A DNA stretch of 41,332 nucleotides from a virus: the IMG/VR virus record IMGVR_UViG_3300027907_000008. The stretch is one strand, 5' to 3'. Both the position numbers and the translations under genes were made by a program. Under the pieces are notes generated by a model. The model was not told the origin of the DNA. It saw only the letters and a program-made list of their open reading frames with translations, and ran no database searches. Of the stretch, positions 14,993 through 23,653 are shown piece by piece (position 1 is the stretch's first letter; every line of letters begins with the position of its first letter).

Positions 14993-15717
14993 GTGACGAG
15001 ACGACTGCTGTCGACCACGTGCAGCAGACGGGACCGTGGCGCTTCACGGCAGACGTGGCGTCGGTCTTCGATGACATGCTGCGTCGCTCGATCCCGCAGC
15101 ACGACGACATGCGCGCGCTCGTCTTCGAGCTCGGCTCGCGCTTCGTGCGTCCGCAGACGACCGTGCTTGACTTGGGCTGCTCGCGCGGCGAAGCGCTCGA
15201 TCCGTTCGTGCGACGCTTCGGCGCGCACAATCGCTTCGTCGGTGTCGACGTCAGCGGACCGATGCTCGACGCCGCGCGCGCACGCTTCGAGGGCTACATG
15301 CGCACGAACGTCGTCGCGATTGCCGAGTGCGATCTGCGGCACGACTATCCACGCGAGCACGCGTCGCTGACGCTCGCCGTGCTGACGCTGCAATTCGTGC
15401 CGCTCGAATATCGGGCGACGCTCGTGCGGCGCATGTATGAGCAGACGCTGCCGGGGGGCGCGTGCATCGTCGTCGAGAAGGTGCTGGGCGACTCGCCGCG
15501 CATCGACACGCTGCTCGTCGATGAGTATCTCAGCCTGAAGCGCGCGCACGGCTACAGCGCCGACGAGATTGCGCGCAAGCGACTCGCGCTCGAAGGCGTG
15601 CTCGTGCCGCTCACGGCGCACTGGAACGTCGAGCAGCTGCGACACGCGGGCTTCGCGGACGTCGACTGCTTCTGGCGCTGGCTCAATTTCGCCGGCTGGC
15701 TGGCGGTGCGCGCATGA
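14989..15717 (+). CDS. cmoA: CmoA-like class I SAM-dependent enzyme (carboxy-S-adenosyl-L-methionine synthase homologue), 242 aa
   Basis: Full-length colinear similarity to E. coli CmoA as recalled: [75 protein letters not shown]. Needs an HMM or alignment check. Confidence 0.75.
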   Translation: [242 protein letters not shown]

Positions 15718-16262
15718 AAAGTGGACCCGCTCCGAAACCGACGCGCCTGCGACAACTGCAGGGCAACCCGTCGCGCCGACCCATGAACCTCGACGAGCCG
15801 CAGCTGCCCGCCGCCGACGCGCGCTTCGACGTCGTGCCCATCGTGCTTCGAGACGACGCCGTCGCGAGCAGCGAGTGGCGACGTCTCGCGCCGCTGCTGC
15901 GTGTCGCGCGCATCGTCACCGAAGCCGATCGCGCGTCGCTCATCGCCGCGTGTCAGCAGTGGAGTATCTATCAGCACGCGCTGACGCAGGCGCCGCCCGA
16001 GCGTCGCGTGCTGCGCACGCCTAACGACTACCCGATGGTGAACCCCTATATCGCCATCGCCAATAAGGCGCTGCTGCACTGCGAGCGACTGTGGGATGCG
16101 TTGGGCCTGACGCCCGCGGCGCGCTCGCGTGTCGCGATGGCGGGCGCGGCGAGCGATAACGATCCGTTCGCGGAATTCGACGAGCCGCGTGCGCGTCTCG
16201 CGCATGGGCCGTCGCTCGACGGGCGCATGCGCGTCGACGACGAGGATGGCTCCGTCAACTGA
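15714..16262 (+). CDS. terS: Terminase small subunit, P27 family
   Basis: The N-terminus MKSGPAPKPTRLRQLQGNPSRRPMNLDEPQ is the P27-family signature. The gene lies directly upstream of TerL. Confidence 0.85.
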   Translation: MKSGPAPKPTRLRQLQGNPSRRPMNLDEPQLPAADARFDVVPIVLRDDAVASSEWRRLAPLLRVARIVTEADRASLIAACQQWSIYQHALTQAPPERRVLRTPNDYPMVNPYIAIANKALLHCERLWDALGLTPAARSRVAMAGAASDNDPFAEFDEPRARLAHGPSLDGRMRVDDEDGSVN

Positions 16263-17970
16263 GCACGTCGTCGACGTCTACGCGCGACGCGTCGTCGCGG
16301 GCGACGTGCCGGCGGGCACCTATCATCGACTCGCGTGCGCGCGCCATCTGCGCGATCGTGAGCGCGAGCGCGACGACGACAGCTGGCCGTTCTACTTCGA
16401 CGCGCTCGAAGCGGATCGCTTCTATCGCTTCGCGAGCTCACTGCGACACTACAAGGGCGAGCAATTCGCAGGACGACGCATCGAACTCGTCGACGTGCAG
16501 CGCTTTCGGCTCGGCTCGATCTTCGGCTGGTATCACCGCGAGACGAACCTGCCGCGCTACACGACGGCGTATAACGAGCTCCCGCGCAAGTCGGGCAAGA
16601 CGCTCGAAGCGGCGATCGTCGCGCTGTATCAGGTGTTCTTCCGGGGCGAGCCCGGAGCCGAGGGCTACGTCGTCGCGACGAAGCGTCAGCAGGCCAAGCT
16701 CTGTTTCGACGCGGCGCGCAAGCTGGTGCGCTCATCGGGGCTGCGCGATCGCATCCGCGTGCTGACGCACAACCTGCACCGCGACACGCTCGACGCCAAG
16801 CTCGAACCGTTGGGCGCGGACGCGGACTCGACGGACGGGCTCAACCCGTTCTGCATCATCACCGACGAATTCCACGCGCACAAGACACGCGACCTCGTCG
16901 ATGTCATGGAAAGCGCGACGGGCGCACGTCTCAGCTTTCTGCATTTCATCATCACGACCGCAGGCGACGAGCTCACGAGTCCGTGCGGCGAGATGCACAC
17001 CTACTGCTGCAACATCCTCGACGAGACGCTGCCCAGCGACGCGGCGACCGAAAGCACCTTCGCGCTCATCGCGCACGCAGACCCGACCGACGACTGGCAA
17101 GACGAGCGCACGTGGGTCAAGGCCAATCCGATGTGGGACGTGAGCGTGAACCCGGACGACATGCGCAAGGCGGCGCTGGCGGCGCGACACAATCCCGGCC
17201 GCGCGAATGAATTCAAGCAGAAGCGACTGAACCTCTGGATCGCCGCGCGCGATCCGTGGCTCAGCGTCGAGGGCTGGCGCAGCGGACAGCACGTCTGGGA
17301 CGTCGACGAGCTCGTCGGCGAGTCGTGCTTCGTCGGCATCGACCTCGCGAGCAAGCTCGATCTATGCGCGATGGTCTTCGTCTTTCCGCCGACCGACACG
17401 CGCGCCGCGTATCGACTGTTGCGCTGGGTGTGGACGCCCGAAGACACGCTGCGCGATCGCGCGCATCGCGACCACGCGCCGTATGAGCTCTGGACGCAGC
17501 AGCGCGGCTTCGACCGTGAGCCCGTCCTGCGCACGTCGCCGGGAACGCAAGTCAATCATCAGGTGCTGCGCGACGTGCTGCGCGAGCAGCGCGCGCGCTA
17601 TCGCATCGAGCGGATCGGCTTCGACCCGTGGCATGCCGACACGCTCATCGACCAACTCATCGAAGAGGACGGCTTCGAGCGCGACGACGTCGTCGAAGTC
17701 AGTCAGACGTACGCGGGCATGTCGAGCGGGGCGGCGGCGTATGAAGCAGCGGTACTGGCGGGACTCGTCGACGCGGGCGGCTGTCCGCTGATGACATGGA
17801 CGCACGCGAACGCGGTGGTGCAGCGCGACCCACGTGGCAACGCGTTCCCGATTAAGAAAAAGTCGCGCGGACGCATCGACCCCGTGATGGCGGCGGTCAT
17901 CGGGGTCAACCTCGTGCTGCGTGCGCGTCCAGAGTCACCGGCCGAAGATCCGGTGCTCATCGTCGCATGA
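16246..17970 (+). CDS. terL: Terminase large subunit (574 aa)
   Basis: Walker A-like ELPRKSGKTLEAA, a Terminase_1-type layout and a nuclease C-domain. Start taken at ATG 16246 (MAPSTEHVV), because the upstream part of the ORF overlaps terS and is Arg/Ser-rich. Confidence 0.9.
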   Translation: MAPSTEHVVDVYARRVVAGDVPAGTYHRLACARHLRDRERERDDDSWPFYFDALEADRFYRFASSLRHYKGEQFAGRRIELVDVQRFRLGSIFGWYHRETNLPRYTTAYNELPRKSGKTLEAAIVALYQVFFRGEPGAEGYVVATKRQQAKLCFDAARKLVRSSGLRDRIRVLTHNLHRDTLDAKLEPLGADADSTDGLNPFCIITDEFHAHKTRDLVDVMESATGARLSFLHFIITTAGDELTSPCGEMHTYCCNILDETLPSDAATESTFALIAHADPTDDWQDERTWVKANPMWDVSVNPDDMRKAALAARHNPGRANEFKQKRLNLWIAARDPWLSVEGWRSGQHVWDVDELVGESCFVGIDLASKLDLCAMVFVFPPTDTRAAYRLLRWVWTPEDTLRDRAHRDHAPYELWTQQRGFDREPVLRTSPGTQVNHQVLRDVLREQRARYRIERIGFDPWHADTLIDQLIEEDGFERDDVVEVSQTYAGMSSGAAAYEAAVLAGLVDAGGCPLMTWTHANAVVQRDPRGNAFPIKKKSRGRIDPVMAAVIGVNLVLRARPESPAEDPVLIVA

Positions 17971-18341
17971 GCGATCTGAGTCTGCGATGGGCGGCGGTCG
18001 TCGAGCAGGCGGTCACGAGCGCGGAGTTTCGCGCGGCATGGCGCGAGGTCGGCGAGGCGGGCGTCGGATCGATGGATGCGGTCGAGGCGTGCTTCGCGCT
18101 CGTGCAGCAGAGCGCGTATCACGGCGAGCACTTGACAAACACGGCCAAGGACATCGCCGAGGCGGCGGCGACATGGGCCGATGCGCCCATGGACGAGTCC
18201 TCATTCGAGCGATTCATGGTGCGGTTGTTATCGCTGCTGCAAACGACCGCCGCGATCTATCTGGCGATCGGCGCGCTCACGGGCATCGGATCGATCAGCG
18301 GCGTCGGAGCTGGCGACGACGACGACGAGGGCGTCGCATGA
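17967..18341 (+). CDS. Hypothetical protein (124 aa)
   Basis: ATGA coupling to terL; normal composition; hydrophobic C-terminal segment followed by an acidic tail. Confidence 0.65.
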   Translation: MSDLSLRWAAVVEQAVTSAEFRAAWREVGEAGVGSMDAVEACFALVQQSAYHGEHLTNTAKDIAEAAATWADAPMDESSFERFMVRLLSLLQTTAAIYLAIGALTGIGSISGVGAGDDDDEGVA

Positions 18342-18577
18342 GCAGCAGCGCGCGCCCGCGTGGTCGACCGCCGCTCGAAGCGGGCTCACGCTCGATCGAG
18401 ATTGGCTTCTCGCTGCCCGCGCGTGACGCGCACGCGCTGACGTCGCTGGCGCTCGTCGAGCGGGTCAGCCAGCAGGACATCTGTCGACGTGCGGTCGTCA
18501 AGTATCTGCGCGAGCACACGCGCAGCCAATCCCGGTTACAGCGACGCGTCGTGCTGTCACGACGCCTCGGCCTCTAA
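18338..18577 (+). CDS. Ribbon-helix-helix-like protein (79 aa) inside the structural module
   Basis: ATGA coupling. RGRPPLEAGSRSIEIGFSLPARDAHALTSLALVERVSQQDICRRAVVKYL fits a beta-strand plus two helices. Confidence 0.55.
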   Translation: MSSSARPRGRPPLEAGSRSIEIGFSLPARDAHALTSLALVERVSQQDICRRAVVKYLREHTRSQSRLQRRVVLSRRLGL

Positions 18578-18693
18578 CGCGACGGCGGCTTCGGCGGCTC
18601 GCCCGTCGTCGGCTTGTCGGGAGGCGTTGGCGGGGGCTGGGGCTTCGGGGGCTCGGGCTTCTGCGGCGGGGTCTGCGTCTGCGACTGCGTCAT
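18574..18693 (-). CDS. Possible small Pro-rich protein (39 aa), antisense to the structural operon
   Basis: GAGGTG lies 5 nt upstream of the ATG (cat at 18691-18693). The product is MTQSQTQTPPQKPEPPKPQPPPTPPDKPTTGEPPKPPSR. It could be a chance ORF. Confidence 0.25.
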   Translation of the reverse strand: MTQSQTQTPPQKPEPPKPQPPPTPPDKPTTGEPPKPPSR

Positions 18694-18843
18694 GACATCA
18701 CCTCGAAGCGTGAGCGTGTCACGGGCGCGGGCGCGGGCGCGAATTGTTCTGGAAAAAATTGACGCTCAGCGGAAGCGCGCACGACGCTCGTGCGTCCTGA
18801 AATGAGGTGGTGGCGTCGTTGGCTCTGGTGGCGTCCGCCGTGC

Positions 18844-19038
18844 GTGCTGCGCGTCGTCATCTGCAATCTCAAGAGTGATTCCGAGCTCGCGCTGCGTGGC
18901 GTGCTCTGGGGCTATCGCGGCGGCTGGCTGACGCTGCGCAACGTCGAAGCGCTGCGCGCGAATGCGAAGCCCGCGCTGGTCGACGGTGAGGTCGTCATCG
19001 AGCGGGACAACGTCAGCTTCCTGCAGGTCATGCCGTAG
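18844..19038 (+). CDS. Hypothetical protein upstream of portal (64 aa from GTG 18844; ORF open from 18790)
   Basis: Convincing from ..VVICNLKSDSELALRGVLWGYRGGWLTLRNVEALRANAKPALVDGEVVIERDNVSFLQVMP. The start is ambiguous. Confidence 0.5.
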   Translation: MLRVVICNLKSDSELALRGVLWGYRGGWLTLRNVEALRANAKPALVDGEVVIERDNVSFLQVMP

Positions 19039-20532
19039 ATGGCGATCATCAGCAGCGTCGGCGCACTGCAGTCGGTCAACGCGATGGCGTCGCCCGTGCT
19101 GGCGAGCGCGTCGAGTCCGTCGTCGACGTGGCTGTACAACGCAGTCGATCCCTACGTCTACGGCGCGCTGTATCGCACGCAGCCGAGCGTGCGCATGGTC
19201 GTCGACTTCCTCGCCCGCAACATCGCGCAGCTGGGGCTGCACGTCTATCGTCGCGTCAGCGACACGGATCGCGAGCGACTGCAGGACCATCAGCTGGCCG
19301 ACTGGCTCGCGCACCCGACGGACTACACGACGCGCTATCGCCTCATCGAGTCGACGCTGCAGGACTTGGGGATCTACTTCAACGCGTACTGGGCCAAGGT
19401 GCGCATGCCCGACCGCATCGGACTGCAGCGTCTGCCGCCCGCGCAGATGACGGTCATCGGTGGACTCGTGCCGAGCGTCTATCGCTGGGTCACGAGCGCG
19501 GGTGACATCTACGACTTCGCCCCGCGTGACGTCGTCCACTTCAGCGGCTACGACCCGGACAACCCGCTCATGGGTCTGTCGCCGCTCGAAACCCTGCGCC
19601 GCGTCATCGCCGAAGACGTCGCGGCGATGGCGCATCGCGAAGCGTTCTGGACGAACGCGGCGCGCATCGAGGGCGTCGTCGAGCGACCGCTGGCCGCGAA
19701 GCTGTGGTCGCCCGAACAGGTCGACAGCTTCAAGGGGCAATGGTCCGCGCGCTTCACGGGCGCAGCGGGCGCGGGCACCGTGCCCGTGCTGCAGGAAGGC
19801 ATGAGCTTCAAGCCGATCGCCTTCTCGCCCCGGCAGGCCGAATACGTGCAAGCGCGCAAGCTGTCGCGCGAAGAGGTCGCGAGCGCGTACCACATTCCGC
19901 TGCCGATGGTCGGCATCCTCGAACACGCCACCTTTAGCAACATCAAGGAACAGCATAAACAGCTGTATCAAGACTCACTCGGGCCGTGGCTCGAAATGAT
20001 CGCCGAAGAGATTGAGCGACAGCTGCTCGTCGACTGCGCCGATCAGGATCGCGTCTACGTCGAATTCAACATCGCCGAGAAGCTGTCGGGCAGCTTCGAG
20101 GAACAGGCCGCGTCGCTGCAGACGCTCATCGGCGCACCCATCATGACGCGCAACGAAGGCCGCGCGCGTCTCAACCTGCCGTCGATCGACGAGCCCGGAG
20201 CCGACGCGCTCGTGCGTCCGCTGAACACGACGACGACGACGAGTGACGCGACGGTGCCCGCGAGCGTGCCGCCGAGCGCCGTCGCGCCAGTCATCGAGCG
20301 CGCATGGCGTCGACAAGCGGCGGTGCTGCGCAAGGTCGACGTCGACGATCGCGCGCTCGCGTTCGACGATGAGCGCTGGACGCGCGAGCTCGCGCACGAC
20401 TTGAAGCTGACGGGCGTCGAGGCGCTGCAGGCCGAACGGCTCGCCTACGTCGTCAACCGCGACACGCGCACGCGACTCGAAGCGCAGATCAACCCGTTCA
20501 CGCGTGAGGCTTCCGACTATGTCGACGACTAG
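19039..20532 (+). CDS. Portal protein (HK97 family), 497 aa
   Basis: Its size, its position after TerL and the motifs VRMVVDFLARNIAQLGLHVY and LGIYFNAYWAKV are typical of HK97-type portals. Confidence 0.9.
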   Translation: MAIISSVGALQSVNAMASPVLASASSPSSTWLYNAVDPYVYGALYRTQPSVRMVVDFLARNIAQLGLHVYRRVSDTDRERLQDHQLADWLAHPTDYTTRYRLIESTLQDLGIYFNAYWAKVRMPDRIGLQRLPPAQMTVIGGLVPSVYRWVTSAGDIYDFAPRDVVHFSGYDPDNPLMGLSPLETLRRVIAEDVAAMAHREAFWTNAARIEGVVERPLAAKLWSPEQVDSFKGQWSARFTGAAGAGTVPVLQEGMSFKPIAFSPRQAEYVQARKLSREEVASAYHIPLPMVGILEHATFSNIKEQHKQLYQDSLGPWLEMIAEEIERQLLVDCADQDRVYVEFNIAEKLSGSFEEQAASLQTLIGAPIMTRNEGRARLNLPSIDEPGADALVRPLNTTTTTSDATVPASVPPSAVAPVIERAWRRQAAVLRKVDVDDRALAFDDERWTRELAHDLKLTGVEALQAERLAYVVNRDTRTRLEAQINPFTREASDYVDD

Positions 20533-21511
20533 CCGCTATCGACATCTGTGCGCGTATGCGCTCGATCACCCGTGGGCGCTGACGCCCGACATGCTGCGCG
20601 TCGTCGCGAGCATCCTCAGCGATCGGCTGACGGGTGGACGTGCGAGCGACGAGCAGATCGCCTCGGCGCTGGCGCTGCGCAAAAACGATCTGCCGCAGCC
20701 GACGCGCGGCGGCGTGATGGTGATCCCGGTGTATGGCGTGCTGTCGCCGCGCATGAACATGCTGAGTGAGTCGAGCGGCGGCACGAGTTACGAGCGGCTC
20801 GGCGCGCATCTGCGCGAGGGACTGGCGCACAGTGACGTGTCGACGATCGTGCTCGACATCGACTCGCCCGGAGGCAGCGTCGCGGGCGCCGCCGAGCTCG
20901 CGTCGCAGATTCGCGCCGCGCGTGCGCAGAAGCCCATCATCGCCGTCGCCAACCATCAGTGCGCGAGCGCGGCGTATTGGCTCGCCAGCAACGCGACGAA
21001 GGTGCACGCGTCGCCGTCCGCGTCGGTCGGCTCGATTGGCGTGTTCACGATTCACCACGATCTGAGCGAGATGTTGGCGAAGGCGGGCATCAAGCGCACG
21101 CTCGTCGCCGCAGGCAAGTACAAGCTCGATGGGCTCGACGGCGAGCCGCTGTCCGAGAGTGCGCTGGCGTATCGCACCGACGTCGTCGGCAAGACGTATG
21201 AGCGCTTTGTCGGACACGTCGCCGCAGGACGCGGCGTATCGCCGAGCGTCGTTCGCAAGGACTACGGCGAGGGACGCTGTCTCGACGCTGACGATGCGCT
21301 CACGTGCGGCATGGTCGACAAGATCGCCACGCTCGATGAGACGCTGGACCGTCTGCTGCCCGCAGGCGAGTCGCGTCCCGTGCTCGACTTTTCGTCACGC
21401 AGCGACACACCGCAGGAGCTCGCAGCGCGGGCCACCGGTCAGGATCGACGCGTCGACGTTCACTGGCAGGCGCGCATCGAGCGCGCGCTGCTCGAATTGT
21501 CAATGCCGTAA
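20519..21511 (+). CDS. Prohead (head maturation) protease, S49/ClpP-like
   Basis: VIPVYGVLSPRMN...IVLDIDSPGGSVAGAAELASQIRAARAQKPIIAVANHQCASAAYWLASNATKVHASPSASVGSIGV is the S49 SppA-type core. Confidence 0.85.
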   Translation: MSTTSRYRHLCAYALDHPWALTPDMLRVVASILSDRLTGGRASDEQIASALALRKNDLPQPTRGGVMVIPVYGVLSPRMNMLSESSGGTSYERLGAHLREGLAHSDVSTIVLDIDSPGGSVAGAAELASQIRAARAQKPIIAVANHQCASAAYWLASNATKVHASPSASVGSIGVFTIHHDLSEMLAKAGIKRTLVAAGKYKLDGLDGEPLSESALAYRTDVVGKTYERFVGHVAAGRGVSPSVVRKDYGEGRCLDADDALTCGMVDKIATLDETLDRLLPAGESRPVLDFSSRSDTPQELAARATGQDRRVDVHWQARIERALLELSMP

Positions 21512-21523
21512 GAGGACCGCGCC

Positions 21524-22810
21524 ATGAACATCGACCAACTCCGTCGCGACTTTGTCGCGAAGCGTGACGCCGCGCAGACGCAGCTGAAGAAAGTCAGCAC
21601 CGCAGCGGAAGCCGAGAACCGTCTCATGAACGACGACGAGCGCGCGAGCGTGCAGACGCTCATGAGCGAAGCGAACGCGCTCAAGACGCAACTGGAGCGC
21701 GCCGAGAGTGACGCCGCGATGGGCCGCGCGATCGAAGCGCTCGTGCCCGCGACGATTCCCTCGCCCGCACTGCCCGCCCGCAATGGCGATGGCCGCACGT
21801 CTGCGACGCTGCCCGCGCCCGTGCGTCTGTCATGGGGCGAGCAATTCGTCAGCAGTGAGCAATATCAATTCTTCCGCTCGGGTCAGCACAAGACGTCCTC
21901 AGCGTGGCGCTCGCCGTCGATTGAGCTCACCGCGCGTCCGTCCGGGCTCTGGGCGGCGACGCTCACGGAAGATCCGGCGAGCGGCGGCAAGCTGATTCTG
22001 CCCGACTATCAGGCGGGCGTGCAGCCGCTGCTGTTTCGACGTCCCGTCGTCGCGGACCTGATTGCCCCCGGTACGACCGACAGCAATCTCGTCACCTACA
22101 TGCGCGAGACGACCTTCACCAACGCGGCCGACACGGTCGCGGAAGGCGCGGTGAAGCCGGAAAGCACATTGACCTTCGACACGACGAGCGACCCCGTGCG
22201 GAAGATCGCGCACTGGTTGCCCTGCACCGAAGAGATGCTCGAAGACGCGCCGCAGATTCGTTCCTATATCGACTCGCGTCTGCGACTGGGCATCGAGCTC
22301 GCCGAGGAAGATCAGCTGCTGCAGGGCACGACGACGCCACCCGACATCGTCGGCATCCGCAATCGCACGGGACTCGCGGCGGATGTCGTCGTCGGTGTCG
22401 CGCCCGACAACAACATCGAAGCGATCTTCCGACAGATCATGGCGATCGCGGGCGCGTCGTTTCTGACGCCGGATGGCATCGTGCTCAATCCTGCGAACTG
22501 GTCGACGATTCAACTCGCGAAGACCACGACGGGTGAATATCTCGGCGGCGGTCCGTTCAGCGCAGCGGCGACGCCGACCCTCTGGGGTCTGCCCGTCGTC
22601 GTGACGCCGGTCATCCCTGCGGGGGTCGGACTCGTCGGCGCGTATCGCACGGGCGCGCAAGTCTTCCGCAAGGGCGGCGTGCGGGTCGAAGCCTCGAACA
22701 GCCATCAGGACTTTTTCATCAAGAACCTTGTGGCCATTCGCGCTGAGGAACGACTCGCGCTCGCCGTCTATCGTCCGGGCGCGTTCGGTGAGGTGACGGG
22801 CCTCGTCTGA
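21524..22810 (+). CDS. Major capsid protein, HK97 fold, with an N-terminal delta/scaffold-like coiled coil
   Basis: RBS agaggaccgcgccATG, a helical N-terminus, AEGAVKPES and a C-terminal NSHQDFFIKNLVAIRAEER typical of the HK97 family. Confidence 0.9.
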   Translation: MNIDQLRRDFVAKRDAAQTQLKKVSTAAEAENRLMNDDERASVQTLMSEANALKTQLERAESDAAMGRAIEALVPATIPSPALPARNGDGRTSATLPAPVRLSWGEQFVSSEQYQFFRSGQHKTSSAWRSPSIELTARPSGLWAATLTEDPASGGKLILPDYQAGVQPLLFRRPVVADLIAPGTTDSNLVTYMRETTFTNAADTVAEGAVKPESTLTFDTTSDPVRKIAHWLPCTEEMLEDAPQIRSYIDSRLRLGIELAEEDQLLQGTTTPPDIVGIRNRTGLAADVVVGVAPDNNIEAIFRQIMAIAGASFLTPDGIVLNPANWSTIQLAKTTTGEYLGGGPFSAAATPTLWGLPVVVTPVIPAGVGLVGAYRTGAQVFRKGGVRVEASNSHQDFFIKNLVAIRAEERLALAVYRPGAFGEVTGLV

Positions 22811-23115
22811 TGTCGCTGCTGCTGAAACACGATCCGGGGCCGTGCCCGGTGGACGATTGTCCGCATACGACATGCACGGTCCCGGAGTCGCCGACACCGA
22901 CGCCCATCGACGTGCTGACGTCCGGTCCGCCGTGGCTCGACGAGATTCTGGGGTTCGGTGAACACATCACGACCGCGCTGCTCGTGCCGCAGCGCGGCGG
23001 ACGACGCACACCGCGCGGACCGCAGACGTATGGTGCGCGCACGGCGTCGTCATTCTCGACGGTCGAGTATCGACGCGACGTGCGTCGACCGCGCTGGCAG
23101 GGGGTGCTGCGCTGA
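22810..23115 (+). CDS. Hypothetical protein (101 aa); the C-terminal half is doubtful
   Basis: TGATG coupling to the capsid gene. Third-position GC supports the frame for about the first 40 codons, but the signal weakens after about 23000. Confidence 0.4.
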   Translation: MSLLLKHDPGPCPVDDCPHTTCTVPESPTPTPIDVLTSGPPWLDEILGFGEHITTALLVPQRGGRRTPRGPQTYGARTASSFSTVEYRRDVRRPRWQGVLR

Positions 23116-23648
23116 TGGCTTATGACACGTGCGCCTGTCAACCGCTGACGACGAGCGTCGCGTTGCCAAACGTCAACGTGCTTGTCTATGCGCCCGCGCA
23201 GGAACCGTTGACGCTCGACGAAGCGAAGCTGCGCGCGGGACTGACATGGGCTCCCGGCGATCCGCGCGACGCGCAGCTGCAGTCGTTCATTCGCGCGGCG
23301 CGTGAGCGGGTCGAGCGCGACACGGGCGTCGCGCTGCTGACGCAGACGCGCGACGTCTATCTGACGCACCTCGTGTCGTATGTCGACTTCCCTGCGCCCG
23401 CGCGTCCGCTGCAGTCGATGACGGAGATTGACGCGACCGACCCTGCGATCTATCCGTGGGCCTATCGCATCGTCGTCGGTCACGCGTCGATCGGGGACAT
23501 CCCGCCGCTGCTGTACTTCGCGGTCGGACTGCTCACGGCGCACTATGCGACGGCGGCGCGTGACGCAGTCGTCATCGGGACGATCGTCGCCGAGATGCCC
23601 CTCGGGTATGAGGACGCGATCGCGGACTATCGCCGCGTGAGCGTGTAA
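23115..23648 (+). CDS. Head-tail connector protein (gp6-like)
   Basis: PLTLDEAKLRAGLTW..DAQLQSFIRAARERVERDTGVALLTQT matches the gp6-type connector N-terminal pattern, and the position fits. Confidence 0.75.
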   Translation: MAYDTCACQPLTTSVALPNVNVLVYAPAQEPLTLDEAKLRAGLTWAPGDPRDAQLQSFIRAARERVERDTGVALLTQTRDVYLTHLVSYVDFPAPARPLQSMTEIDATDPAIYPWAYRIVVGHASIGDIPPLLYFAVGLLTAHYATAARDAVVIGTIVAEMPLGYEDAIADYRRVSV

Positions 23649-23653
23649 GCACG

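Noticed and set aside
14533-15645. Long minus-strand ORF (370 aa) antisense to the methyltransferase and CmoA-like genes. Similar long antisense or alternative-frame ORFs occur at 4331-5416, 18766-19971, 23898-24725, 29198-30331 and 32977-33975.
   Set aside because: All are extremely Arg/Ala/Ser/His-rich. They lie opposite or out of frame to genes with clear family motifs. Such ORFs are expected by chance in DNA this GC-rich because stop codons are rare.
18723-18740. Short tandem repeats such as (GGGCGC)x3, considered as possible CRISPR or other arrays. Other repeat clusters at 6398-6531 and 36842-37077 were considered the same way.
   Set aside because: The units are only 6-24 bp, have no unique spacers of regular length and occur at most two to four times. 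None has CRISPR architecture.
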